The position numbers and the translations under genes were made by a program. Positions 39,999 through 53,207 of a stretch of DNA of 64,000 nt are shown piece by piece (the first letter of the stretch is position 1; each line of letters starts with the position of its first letter). The stretch comes from Octopus vulgaris (taxonomy: Eukaryota). The stretch covers positions 117,428,001 through 117,492,000 of the forward strand of contig OX597821.1 of the NCBI GenBank assembly GCA_951406725.2. The letters are read 5' to 3'. The notes beneath the pieces were generated by a model, which was not told the origin of the DNA, searched no databases, and saw only the letters and a list, made by a program, of their open reading frames with translations.

Positions 39999-41103
39999 GT
40001 AAGTTCTTTATCTTTGTTGTATGTGTGTGTGTACCCCACCTCCTTCCCATAGAACCACATTCCCACTTGACCCTTAACCTTTTTTGTTTTTCTCACTGTT
40101 CTTTCTTTCACACCACCTCTCTGCCTTTATATTCTCCCCTCATGCCAGTGCTACATAGAAAGCATCCTTGCTGGTGCCATAAATGAAGCACTTGTACTGG
40201 TGCCACACATAAAGCATCTGTGTAAGATAATCACTCTGTAAAGTCGTTGACATCAGGAAGGGCATCCAGTCATAGAAACCATGTCAAAACAGACAATAGG
40301 AGCTTGGTGCAACTCTCTGGCTTGCTAGCTCCTGTCAGACCATCCAGCCCATGCCAGCCTGGCAAAACGGACATTAAATGATGATGGTAAAGGTTAAATG
40401 TGTATGTTAATTGGACGGCGAGCTGGCAGAATCGCTAGCATGCTGGGCGAAATGCGTAGCCATATTTCATCTGCCGTTACGTTCTTAGTTCAAATTTTGC
40501 TTAGATCAACTTTGCCTTTCATCCTTTTGGGGTCGATAAATTAAGTACCAGTTACGCACTGGGGTCGATGTAATCGACTTAATCCCTTTACCTGTCCTTG
40601 TTTGTCCCCTCTATGTTTAGCCCCTTGTGGGCAATAAAGAAATAGGTTAAATGTGTATGTTCATATGAATTACAGAACAAACATTTGCACACACACACAC
40701 ACACAAACAGGCGTGTGCATGGGCACACGCCTGTGTGTGTGTGCATGAATATAAATGTTCTCTAATCTCATCGCCTGGCATATAACTGCCGCCCTTAATA
40801 CCATTCCCTGCTCAGTTTTCTTGCAGGTTACTTGGTGATCTTACTAGTCTGGGTGCCGTGCAAAAGGCCCCCTGTCCACTCTGTAAAGTGGTTGGTGTTA
40901 GCAAGGGCATCCAATCATAGAAACCATGTCAAAACAGAGATGGCAGAGCTTGGTACAGCCTTCTGACTTGCCAGCAGCTGCCAAACTGTCCAGCCCCTGC
41001 CAGCATGGAAAGACATTCAAAGATGACGATGGTGATGTGAAGATCTGTAGTTCCAATTAATGGAGCTGTTATTATAATTTTGGTGATCATTTGATTCTTA
41101 CAG

Positions 41104-41209
41104 GTGACAAAGAATAAAATGGAAAGGGCTTTCTATTCCATTCCTGAATTTGAAGAATGGCAACGTGGTACAGAAAACTGGCATACATGGAAGATCAAAT
41201 ACTACAAAG
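41104..41209 (+). CDS. TOP2: TOP2 exon (VTKNKMERAFYSIPEFEEW...IKYYK)
   Basis: ttacag acceptor; donor AAG|gttttt; joins YYKGLGT with the next exon. Confidence 0.93.
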
Positions 41210-43307
41210 GTTTTTTTTTTAAGCACTTTTTAGGAATTAGTATATATTATGTTAATATATGCAAAGTAAACATCTTAGTTAATGATAAAGCTATTTCAAA
41301 TATTAATTGCTATAAAGTAATGCGTTAGTAAATATGGGAAAAAATACTGAGGTATTTTGGTTGTGCAGTGAGATATTTTGTAGATGTAGTTTGGTTTCAG
41401 TCAGATTTACTTTACACTTCAAATGCTTTTTACATTTGTATTAAAGCTGGGTGATACGTAAAAGCACCTACTATACTCTCGGAGTTGGCATTAGGAAGGG
41501 CATCCAGTCATAGAAACCATGTCAAATCAGACGAGTGTGGTGCAGCCCCTCTGTTTACCAGCCCTGGTCAAACCGGCCAACCCATGCCAGCAAGGACAAC
41601 AGATGCTAAATGATGATGATGATATTATTATTACATAGTCATGGTAGCTGTTGTTGTTTTGTTGGTGAATGAAAATGTATTTCTTGGATCGTGTAAGGAA
41701 ATAATTAACAACACCCATGAAGAAATAATGGGATTTTATTACTGCACATAGTGTTTTCTGTGTTGGTCTTTTACAAATTCTACCAGCAGTAAATACACAC
41801 CAGGAGAGAAATGTTGTTTAGGAGTTAACCGATATAGCAATCTCTGGCTGTCCTATCACAAATAGAAAATAGTTCTGCTATATTTGTGGCAACAAAAATT
41901 CCTGTTACCATCTGTCTTAAACTGTTGAATGTGATGGTGAAAATAGAGACATTGTGCCGCTGCCTCAATGCTCTGCAATTACTGCCAAAAACTATCTTTA
42001 TATAGGGCACAATGCGAAAAGTTCTAGCAAATGGAATCACTCAAAAGCTTGATGCTTATTGGTTGCTTGATAGACCAATCATGTGAAACTAGTGTGGTTT
42101 GATCACAATGTGTACTCAGCTACCTGGCAGTTTGGCTTTGAATCACTGGTACAGTGTCAAGCCTTCCATTTCTTTTACTGTCTTTACATGACCCCATGTC
42201 TCACGGCCCAAATATCATTGTATTTTATATACCTTATAAAGCTTTTATATGCATGAAAACAGAATCTTTATGTTATTAACATTTGAAATATTTCTTCCCT
42301 CTTCAAATTCTGGACATTATGTAAGCATCTTCTGTGTAATGCACAGGTGGAATTAGCGTTGATAGTATATGTCATGCAAATTCCTCATCGCATTTATATC
42401 TTCAGTGTTTGGTGTTTTACTGTAATTTTTTTGCTTATAAATTATATCCTAAAACTGCAAATCATATTTCACTAATTACTTACCATTATAATTAGAGAGA
42501 ATAAGATTTATTTTAGTTTGACCTGGGAAGTTACATCCAACTGATTTGTTAGGATGTTAGCTGATTGGCCATAGATGGATTTTCTGTATTCTGCCATTGA
42601 TGCAATAATATATCCCTAAAGGAGCTCCTTGACCCTCATTGGTCCTAATTGTGGTGAATTGTGGAGTTAAAGACAGCTGAAGGTGTTGGGCTGCATTAGT
42701 CGTGTGTTTGATGAAGTGTTTTGTTTTATTGCCAAACTAAACTCAAAGACACCTTTTATTCATTCTTTTACTTGTTTCAGTCATTTGAGTGCGGTCATGC
42801 TGGAGCACCGTCTGTAGTCAAGCAAATCGACCCTAGGACTTATTCGTTGTAAACCTAGTACTTATTCTATCGGTCTCTTTTGCCGAACTGCTAAGTTACA
42901 AGGATGTAAACACACACAGCATTGGTTGCCAAGTGATGTTGTGGGGACAAACACACACACATACATATATGACGGGTTTCTTTCAGTTTCCCTCTACCAA
43001 ATCCACTCACAAGGCTTTGGTCAGCTCAAAGCTATAGTAGAAGACACTTGCCCAAGGTGCCATGCAGTGAGACTGAACCTGGAAACGTGGTTGGTGAGTA
43101 AGCTACTTACCACACAGCCACTTGTGTGCTGTGTGTGTGTAAATATCTGCAATAAACTGGCATAAAATTGAGCAGCTGCAAAATACCATGTTATTTTCTT
43201 GTAATGATGTCAGATAAAAAGATACCAATAAAATAGGCAAAGTGTATTTGTCCGTCAATTTGAATTTAAATCGGTTCATAAAAGCTTATATATTTTGAAC
43301 TTGTTAG

Positions 43308-43417
43308 GTTTGGGTACCAGCACAGCAAAAGAAGCCAAAGAATATTTTTCTGATATGGAACGCCACAGAATACCTTTCAGGTATGAAGGGCCTGAAGATG
43401 ATGCCTCAATAAACCTG
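43308..43417 (+). CDS. TOP2: TOP2 exon (GLGTSTAKEAKEYF...DDASINL)
   Basis: tgttag/gtttgt; GLGTST motif. Confidence 0.96.
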
Positions 43418-43540
43418 GTTTGTTATTTTTACTGGCTCCTATTTTCGCTTAATTACTTTTTTTTTATATTGTTTTCAGTATTTCTTTTTAAAATTTATTT
43501 GTGTGTCGTTTGCTTACTATTTTTCTTTTTAAAATTTTAG

Positions 43541-43633
43541 GCGTTCAGCAAAAAGAAAATTGATGAAAGAAAAGAATGGCTTACTAATTGGATGGAGGAA
43601 AAACGGAGACGAACAGAAATGGGACTTCCTGAG
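43541..43633 (+). CDS. TOP2: TOP2 exon (AFSKKKIDERKEWL...GLPE)
   Basis: ttttag/gtgaat; AFSKK..RKEWL. Confidence 0.96.
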
Positions 43634-43742
43634 GTGAATATCATGAAGATAGTATTTTTGGCAAATAAGGGGAGCAGAATATAGTGACAGTGCACAGTGG
43701 AGCTCTAAGAATTTTTTGAAATATTAGTTTACTATATTAATA

Positions 43743-44368
43743 GCATGTAAAAATCACCATCTGAATGTGGACGATGCCAGTATCTCTTGACTGGCTCCTT
43801 TGCTGGTGGCACATAAAAAGCACCATCTGAATGTGGTCAATACCAGTATCTCTTGACTGGCTCTTGCGGCAGTGGCACGTAAGAACCACCATCCGAATGT
43901 GGTCGATGCTAGTGCCTCCTGACTGGCTCTTGTGCCAGTGGCATGTAAAAAGTACCATTCGGATGTGGTCGATACCAGTGCTCCATGACTGACTTTCGTG
44001 CTGGTGGCACATAAAAAGCAATATCCAAACATGGTCGATGCCAGTGCCCCCTGACTGACTTTCGTGCTGGTGGCATGTAAACAGCACCATCTGAACGTGG
44101 TTAATGCCAATGCACCCTGACTGGCTCTTGTACCATTGGCATGTAAAAAGCACCATCCAAATGTGGTCGATGCCTGATCTGTGTGACTGGCTCCCATACC
44201 AGTGGCACGTAAAAAGCACTCACTATACTCTTGGAGTGGTTGGTGTTAGGAAGGGCATCCAACTGTAGAAACCTTGCCAGATCAGAATGGAGCCTGGTGC
44301 AGCCTTCTGGCTTGCCAGTCCTAGTCAAACCGTCCAACCCATGCCAGAATGGAAAGTGGACGTTAAAC
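43743..44368 (+). mobile_element. Abundant (GAT)n-tailed retroposon with internal 66-bp tandem array (also ~3395, 11310, 25885, 51615, 62705 and many tail-only copies)
   Basis: 7 units at 66-bp period from 43755, then shared tail gagtggttgg..aggaagggcatccagc..aacccatgccagcatggaaa..ttaaa. Confidence 0.85.
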
Positions 44369-45140
44369 AATTATTAGTTTATGATGTTAGGTGATTTATT
44401 AATTCCCTGGAAACTGACATTTATGTATAAGTTGCTGCTGCGGCCATGCTGGAGAACCACCTCAAAGAGTTTTAGTTGAACAAATCAACCCCAGGATTTA
44501 TTTTTGAAACTTAGTACTATCGGTCTTTTTTGCCTAACTGCTAAGTTATGAGGGCGTAAACACACCAACAAAAACTTCTTTCAGTTTCTACCAAATCCAC
44601 TCACAAGGCTTTGGTTGGCCCTGGGGCTATAATAGAAAGCACTTGCCCAAGGTGCCATGCAGTGTGACTGAACCCAGAACTGTGTGGTTGAGAAGCAAGC
44701 TTACCACATAACCACAAACCACACTTTGTTAAGTAGAATTATGTTGCAGGCTTTTAATTTGGCTATGAATGGCTTGAAATGAGCAGTTTTGTAATAAATC
44801 CTCAGGTGCTCTCAGACAAAGTGGTATTAAACAGCTTAAATATACTGGTTAATATTTAGAAATGTTTACTAATCCATGGGCCATGCAAAGAGACCAAAGC
44901 TGGAGACATGTGGTTTTTTGTACAAACATGTTTGTCATACAGCCAGGCTTCCTTACAAATGGCTGTTGTAAAGCACATCTGTATGATTGAATGAACATAT
45001 CTATTTGATTTTCTTGTCTGTTGAAAATTAAATTGCAACTCTACTGATTGTTGAAAGGAAAGTTAATTTTAGATGTCTTGAATGCTCCGGCTAATGATTT
45101 ATTTTTATTATTTTATTCTTTTTTTTTTTTTTTTTTCTAG

Positions 45141-45377
45141 TTGTATTTGTATGGCAAAGGAGTAAACCAAATCTCCTTCAATGAATTTATCAACCGGGAG
45201 TTAATTCTGTTCAGTTTCACAGATAATAACCGTTCAATCCCGTCTCTTGTTGATGGTCTGAAACCTGGTCAACGTAAAGTAATCTTTACTTGCTTTAAGA
45301 GAAATGACAAAAAAGAGGTGAAAGTCGCCCAGTTGGCAGGTTCTGTTGCAGAACTCTCAGCATACCATCATGGTGAG
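45141..45377 (+). CDS. TOP2: TOP2 exon (LYLYG...RSIPSLVDGLKPGQRKV...YHHGE)
   Basis: poly-T ctag/gtaaga; DGLKPGQRK and YHHGE. Confidence 0.97.
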
Positions 45378-46662
45378 GTAAGAAATTACATGAAGCAGTT
45401 TTCTTTTTCTTTTTTTCTTTTATATTAACCGTCTGAGCCTGTAAAGATTTGTTACCACATTATTTGTTAAGGAGCATAGCGTTGATTTCCTGGTTTCTGT
45501 GGCATATATACCGCTCCCTGGACGGGACTCTGGTCCATTGCAGGAAAGGATGTGGTCATGAAAGGATGTGTTTTGTTCAAGATCACAATGCATTGTCTAG
45601 TCCAGGAATTGAAACCATGATCTTAAGCTCCTGAGTCCAACACCCTAACTAGTAAGCCATGTGCCTCCACTCTCTGTACTAACATATGACACTTTTCTGA
45701 AACCACCAGCCAATGTCCACTTGTTTTTCACTGCATAGGAGGACGCATTATGTATATACATCATTGTTTTTATGTCCGTTTTATATGCTGGATCAGTGGT
45801 CACTGTAGGAGTTGGTTTCTACTTGGAATTACAGTCATGTAGATGGATTGGAGAAAGTGTCTCAGCTCCTATCAAACCACTGCCTAACCCATGCCAGCAT
45901 GGAAAATGTATCTTAACCTATTAACTACCAAATTTTTTATTCATATTTTTTGGTTTTGCCAGGTGTCTTAGGAGTTAAAATAATATATAGTATTTGAATT
46001 TTCTTCATATGTGAATTATTTTGGAAATTATAAATTTTTTGACGTGTCCCAAATGGGGATCGTTGAAAACAAGCATATTTCTCTTTTTCTATTCAATTGC
46101 TGTAATAAACATTTTAGTTTTGGGGGAAACGATAGTATCAAATGTGAATGTGTATGAAATATCAATGAATGATATAGATGGGAAATGCCAAAAAAAAAAA
46201 AAAAATTTTTTTTGGAACAGTCTGTGGTTTTGTAGTTCAAAAATTGCAATTTATGACATAAAATCTCCTCTAGAATTAGCCGGAGCTAAAATGACAAACT
46301 TTTACTACTAAATCTTGTTAAACACACCTCTGCAAATGCGGTGTACAGAAGCAATTCAGTTTAAATGCAATGAACAGCTGGCAGTGAGACTGTTTTGAGC
46401 AGATCCCCAAAAGGGGCTCGTGACAGGCAATGGGTTAAACAGTAGTGATGATGATGGCGGCAGCGGTGGTGGAGGGTGTATAATGTAAGTCACAGCAAAC
46501 TCATGTATGACCATTGGTGGTAAGATTGTTCTCATATTTGTTGTTTTTGTGCCAAAGGTTTTTCTTCTGCCTATATCAGTTAAAAGAGACAATGAGCCCA
46601 GTTTATGAGAAGTATAACAATTATAGTGAAAAGTATTCAATAAATGTATATTGTTGGCAATA

Positions 46663-46711
<49 letters not shown>

Positions 46712-46770
46712 GATTGAAGCAAGACCTATGGATTCAAAAGCTTACATTTGTTTATTTATGTATTTAACAG

Positions 46771-46919
46771 GCTTCACTTATGAGTACAATTATCAACTTA
46801 GCCCAGAACTTTGTTGGTTCAAACAACATAAACTTACTGCTGCCCATTGGTCAGTTTGGAACCCGGTTACATGGGGGCAAAGATGCTGCCAGCCCCCGTT
46901 ATATCTTTACACTTTTAAG
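46771..46919 (+). CDS. TOP2: TOP2 exon with catalytic tyrosine ([21 protein letters not shown])
   Basis: taacag/gtatca; active-site Tyr codon TAT at 46900-46902. Confidence 0.98.
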
Positions 46920-47307
46920 GTATCAGCTTTTTAAAATTGTTGTTTTGATTGTTGTTGTATTTATGTATAACTTCCAATGCTGGGTGTTATTTATAAAGAA
47001 TAACACTTTTTGAGATCCATATTTTTGTTTTTCCTGGTCTAAGACACAGTGTTTCATTGTTTACCCTTTTAGTAAGTTCTTTCATCCCATAAACACTATA
47101 AGTACCCTTGTATCAGTCACAGTATCTTATACTCATTTTTTAACTGTAAAAACTGGGGCAGGACTTACTGCGAAAGTTTGATCATGATGGGGAAAAGGTG
47201 TTACACTAAGATTTAACACTAAATAAAGAGTGCAACATGTACATGAGTGCGATTTACGCATGAGTAAATGCGGTTTTGTGGTACTTAATTTTTCTTTGCA
47301 TTTGCAG

Positions 47308-47539
47308 TTCGGTTGGAAAAAGAATATTTCACTCGGACGATCTTCCTCTCTTGAAAAACCTCTATGATGACAACCAGAAAATTGAACCCGAATACTATGT
47401 TCCCATTATTCCAATGATATTGGTGAATGGAACCGATGGCATTGGCACAGGATGGAGTACCAAAATACCTAACTATGATCCAAGAGAGATCATATCAAAT
47501 ATCAGGCGAATGTTGGCAGGAAATGATCCTCTAAACATG
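47308..47539 (+). CDS. TOP2: TOP2 exon (EPEYYVPIIPMILVNGTDGIGTGWSTKIPNY)
   Basis: ttgcag/gtgatt; GIGTGWS motif. Confidence 0.97.
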
Positions 47540-50500
47540 GTGATTACTTTCACATCTTTTTGAGATTTTCCCCATCTTCTTAATTATATCTATTTTCCTA
47601 TTTCTTTTTATGCAGCAGCATGTTTATGTCAATATCTCTTAACATCTTTAATAGCTAAGAGAACTTCAATTATGTACTACAGTTTATGGCTCCCATGATC
47701 GTGGCACGTAAAAAGCATCATTTGAGCGTGGTCGATGCCAGTGCCGGGCATCGTATCATTTACTATTCTGCTTACCAAAAGTGGCCCGCTTGGCACCGTG
47801 CATTCGTCACGTCGCAATGGCTGCGATATATGGAGTGGTTGGTGTTATGAAGAGCATCAAGCTGTAGAAACCTTGCGAGATCAGATTGGAGCCTGGTGCA
47901 GCCTCCTGGCTTGCCATTCCTCAGTCAAACCGTCCAACCCATGCCAGCATGGAAAGTGGCCGTTAAATGATGATGATGATGATGATGAATTTATTCCTGT
48001 GACATTGAGTAAATTGTCTCTGATCATTTTGGTGACAGTTATTTTAAGCTTTTAGCATTTAATCCAGCCATATCTGGCCCAACTTTTCTACCAGTTTTAT
48101 GTTCGAATTGGCCTCTCATACCTGCCCTACAGTGTCATTTTAAAAATATATTATCACATTATATAATGCAGAATTATTCCAAAATGATTTGAACGAGCAA
48201 ACAATATATTTGAAAATGTAATCTGATTGCCAGTACAGAATCATATTAACACTTACTATACAGGAACCAAGTACATTCAGTTCCATTATTGTGCACTTGG
48301 GACACCAGAATTGAGTCAACTTGTTTTGTGATAGTGGGGTACTTTTTGGAATTCTCCACATTTATTTATAATATAGTACACACATATTTGAAGGCATTGC
48401 TCTGTGGTTAGAGCATTGAGCTTACAATCGTGAGGTTGTGAGTTTGAATCCTGGACCGGGCTGCGTGTTGTGTTCTTGAGCAAGACACTTTATTTCATGT
48501 CGCTCCAGTTTACTCAGCTGTTGAAATGAGTCGCAATGTCACTGGTGCCAAGCTGTATCGGCCTTTGCCTTTCCCTTGGATAACACTGGTGGCGTGGAGA
48601 GGGGAGGCTGGTATGTATGGGTGACCGCTGGTCTCCCATAAATAACCTTGCCCGGATTTGTGCCTGGGAGGGTAACTTTCTAGGTGCAATCCCACAGTCA
48701 TTCATGATCGAAGGGGGTCTCAGTACACACATATTAAGTTTTCACTGAAGTGGAAGAGGTGAGAACTGATTTGAATATAAAATCACCCGGAAAAATTTAA
48801 CCAGGACTGTGAAAGTTAATCATTGTAAAACTACGATTTGGTTATTTACTAATTCAATAACTTTCAGAGATGCAGAAGAATACTTTTGGGATCCAAAGCA
48901 TATTGTCCTCTGTTTTTGTTATTGTGCCTTCTTATTGGATTGTGTGTGGTTTGTATGTAAAAAGGATTATGCTTATCGGCATAGTGTATGTAATATATTG
49001 TATAGATTTTATTAAAGGCGGTGCTCCAGCATGGCCACAGTCAAATGACTGTAACAAGTAAAAGAGTATATATCTGTGCACATGCATACGTATACTTACT
49101 GAAACATATAGCTCCTGCACACATACTCATGCTCTGATACATATACACATACACATACCATATTTGTTTTGTATAAACTTAATAGTTCTTTGGTTTGTTT
49201 TAGCCATCACAACTGAGACCAGATGAAATTATTTCATATTAAATAATGAAAATGTTACATTTTCTGTCTGTCTTTCTGATGTGTTGCTGCATCTGTTTCT
49301 GTTGATTCGTGTGGACAGAAAATAACATTAAACTCCCATTTGCTGAGGTTGTTACAAATTTAGTTTGTATGGTGAGAGAGAGAGAGAGAGAGAGAGGGAG
49401 AAAGCAATATCAATAAAAAACAATAGAAGAGAAATTAGTGCAAGAGAGTGATGATAAAAGCTTAAATGTGGCTGTGTGGTAAGTAGCTTGCTTACCAATC
49501 ACATGGTTCTGGGTTCAGTTTCACTGACTGGCACCTTGGGCAAGTGTCTTCTACTATAGCCTCAAGCCAACCAAAGCCTTGTGAGTGGATTTGGTAGATG
49601 GAACCTGAAAGAATCCCTATATTTATATGTGTATGTGTGTATATGTTTGTGTGTCTGTGTTTGTACCCCCCCCCTCATCGCCTGGCAACCAATGTTGGTG
49701 TGTTTACGTCCCTGTAACTTAGCGGTTCAGCAAAAGAGACTGATAGAATAAGTACTACGCTTACAGAGAATAAGTCCTGGGGTCAACTGAAGGCGGTGCT
49801 CCAGCATGGCTGCAGTCAAATGACTGAAACAAATAAAAGAATGAAAGAATGCCAATTAAAAATGGGAGGGAGGTGAGGCAGGAGTGGGAAATGGAGAATG
49901 ATGGTTAGCAACGAAAGAAGAAAAATTGTTGGGGGATATTAGATAAGATCCAGTGGGATGTCCTGCATTAATAAATGATGTTGTGAGAAACAGATAATAG
50001 TAGTAGGCAGGTGGGTGCATTCATAGAAAGTTTGGGTAATAAGTTGAGAGAATAATAAATGCAAGTAGAGAAAGTTATCTTCATCATCATTGAAATGTGC
50101 ATTCCATGTTGGCATAGGCTGAATGATTTGAATAGGATGCAGTGAGCTGCAGTGTCACCTGTGGCATGGTCTGAACAGCTGGGTGCTTTTTATGTGGCAC
50201 CAGCACGAGTGAGGTCGCCGAATAACTTGCAAGGCAGAAAAAGAACAGGAAGAAATATATAAAAAAAGAAAAATGAGCCATCTTGACTGAATGAGTGTAT
50301 GGAGAAGTTTATGCTAGGCATTGAAAGGTCAAAGTAAGGACCGTATGTAATGGTTTGGAGAGGGCAACTGTAGCTATTTACATATCCCAATATCATCCAT
50401 CAAATGTGTTTTTCCATTTTTGTTTGGGTTGGACGACTTCTCCCTCCTGCAGCACTTTGTTGCACACCGCAGTCTTCATCAACTCACCTCATTGAGATTC

Positions 50501-50701
50501 AGCCTCTTGACATTATTTCTTCCCCACTTAATCCTCTGTCTTTCATAACCTCATCCTTCCTTCCTTCACATTCTGTTAAATATATAGAGAAAAATACAAA
50601 TACTGTTTAAACAGCTTACAGAAAAATGGTTTTTGTTTGATTGATGTAATAATGTTGTTATAAATTCTGTGCGACTTAATTTTATTTGTGTTTGCTTTCA
50701 G

Positions 50702-50901
50702 GTTCCATGGTTCAAGAACTTCAAAGGTACAATTGAAGAGTTGAGTGAGAACAAGTATCTAGTGAGTGGTGAGGTTTCTGTTTTGGATGAGACAACAGTT
50801 GAAATTTCAGAACTCCCCCTCCGTACTTGGACACAAAACTATAAGGAAGAGGTGTTAGAACCTATGTTACATGGATCTGAGAAAAATCCATCTGTGATAA
50901 T
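50702..50901 (+). CDS. TOP2: TOP2 exon (VPWFKNFKGTI...EISELPLRTWTQNYKE)
   Basis: tttcag/gtaagt; tower domain; ends in phase 2. Confidence 0.96.
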
Positions 50902-50942
50902 GTAAGTATGGAATTTGTATATCTACCTTATAAGTGTGTGCT

Positions 50943-50991
<49 letters not shown>

Positions 50992-52745
50992 TACTATGTA
51001 CCAGCACAAAGTTCTGTCATGATGTATTATATAAATTAACTAGGCATTGGCGTGTGGCTGTGTGGTAAGAAGCTTGCTTCCCAACCTCTAGATTTCAGGT
51101 TCAGTTCCATTGTGTTCCTGCTTGGGCTAGTGTCTTCTATAGCTTTGACCAAAGCTTTGTGAGTAGATTTTTTTTAGATGGAAGCTGGAAGAAGCTCATC
51201 GTGTGTGTATTTGTGTCTCCTTGTGTCACTCTGAAGCCAGCAATGTCCTTTGTTTCCAGTCATTTGTCAGAATGTCTGGTTACCGGAAGATATTACTTTG
51301 CATGGGAACAGGTGAGGGATGGGTGGCAAGAAGGGCATGTGGTTGTAGAAAACTTGCCTCCATAAACCATGTTCAACCCATGCCAGCATGGCAAAGTGGA
51401 CATTAATAGGAAAATGTTGGTGTTGGTTTTTCTACTACGCATAATGCATGTTTCTCTAAAATGTGAAGCTGAAATTAAATACTCCATTATTTTTAAAACG
51501 TAGTGCTTACGAGCAAAGCTTACTCTTGTGAAAACAAATGCTGTGTTATTAATAGATCTCAAATATATTAGCATCATGGAATTGTTTCCTTTGATTTGAT
51601 GGGGTTTTAGTATACTGGTAGCATGTAAAAAGCACCTTTCAAGCGTAATTGTTGCCAGTGCTGCCTGACTGGCTACCGTGCCGGTGGCATGTGAAAAGCA
51701 CCATTTTAGCATGGTTGATACCAGTGCCAGCTGACTGGTCCCATGCTGCTGGCATGTCTAAAGCACCATTCGAGCGAGTGTGGCTGATGCCAGTACCTCC
51801 TGACTGGCCCTCATGCTGGTGGTACATAATAAGCACCCACTACACTCTCGGAGTGGTTGGCATTAGGAAGGGCATCCAGCTGTAGAAACTTTACCAGATT
51901 GGGTTGGAGCCTGGTGCAGCCTTCCGGCTCGCCAGCCCTGTCAAACCGTCCAACCCATGCCAGCATGGAAAGCGGACGTTAAATGACGACGATGATGATG
52001 ATGATCTATTTATACATCCATGTCATCAGGTGTTACTGATATTTAATGTCTATAGTAACACAACCACTATAGCAAGGACTGTATAATAATGGATTTCATC
52101 TGAAAAAAATGTTTGACCCTTTAGCAGTCAGGTTATTCTGTCAATGTAATGTTTTTTTATTCACATTGTTTTGAATTAATCAGGCATATCTGGTAGGTTT
52201 GAGATTTAAAAAAAGGGTAAAATCCCCTTTTGGTCATGAATGATCATGGGATTGCACCTAGAAAGTTACCCTGTGAGGCACAAGTCCAGGCAAGGTTGTT
52301 TATGGATGATCAGCAGTCTCCCATGCATACCAGCCTCCCACTCTCCGTGCAACTGATGTTATCCAAGGGAAAGGTAAAAGACACAACACACAGCCCAGTG
52401 CAGGAATCAAACTCACTACCTCATGATTGTGAGCCTGACGCTCTAACCACTGAGCCATGCAGCTTGGAGTAAATTTTTATATTTAGAATGATGTAGGATA
52501 GGTGTGAGGGTTTGGATCTTGATGATTTAAACATAAAACATGGAGTGTTTGGGCTGGATATGGTTGATCTAAAAGCGAAATGTTTTAATATTGGCACATT
52601 TAGTTTTAACAACGACATGGTTATGGTCCGGAGATTACGTATTCATTGTTGTCTGTCAGTGTTTTGAGCAGCAGTTTTTAGCTGCTGGTGCTTTCTATTT
52701 GTAATTGGGATCCTTTTCTTTTTTTTTCCTTTGCAACTCTTTTAG

Positions 52746-52881
52746 AGATTATAAGGAATATCATACTGACGCAACAGTCAGGTTTGTCGTGAAGATGTCA
52801 GCTGAGAAACTTGCCAATGCTGAAGCATCTGGTCTTCACAAATTCTTCAAACTGCAAACAACATTCTCTACAAACAGTATG
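52746..52881 (+). CDS. TOP2: TOP2 exon (DYKEYHTDATVRF...FKLQTTFSTNSM)
   Basis: ttttag/gtaagt; phase 2/0. Confidence 0.96.
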
Positions 52882-52890
52882 GTAAGTATT

Positions 52891-53207
52891 TCGCTTTTGG
52901 ATTTGGTTTGTAAGATTCTTTATATGAGTTTTTGTGTTGAAGCATATTCTGTTGTGTCTGGGGACAGTCATTTTCTTTTTGTGCCTTATAATGTAACACA
53001 CTCACCGTTAAAATTTCCACTTATTTCTTATTTTCATTGTCCTAAAATTTTCGTTGCGTCTTGCAACCTTTTCAATAGTTTTGACTCAAAACTATTGAAA
53101 AGGTTGCAAGACGCAACGAAAATTTTAGGAAAAACGTGGAAATTTTACCGGTGAGTGTGTTACATAATAAGGCACAAAAAGAAAATGACTCACACCAGAT
53201 ACTATAG
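52891..53207. mobile_element. Palindromic (foldback) insertion flanked by a 15-bp direct repeat
   Basis: Perfect 44-bp arms 53041-53084/53086-53129, imperfect extension to ~52945-53207; agtatggtaagtatt at 52876-52890 and 53208-53222. Confidence 0.85.
53092..53128 (+). ncRNA. Minimal hammerhead-like motif, U3-A8 variant (mirror copy on - at 53042-53078)
   Basis: CUA-UUGAAAA-G-GUUGC(AAGAC)GCAAC-GAAAA-UUU-UAG; stem I only 3 bp. Confidence 0.45.

Noticed and set aside
43737-44219. 160-aa and 147-aa ORFs with 22-aa repeats
   Set aside because: Produced by the 66-bp (3n) tandem array of a retroposon; no protein features
45917-46438. TTAA-flanked element
   Set aside because: Terminal inverted match is only ~5 of 6 nt; cannot be supported without other copies
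46920-46932. U12-type donor (GTATCAGCTT)
   Set aside because: Does not match the near-invariant GTATCCTT; treated as a U2 intron
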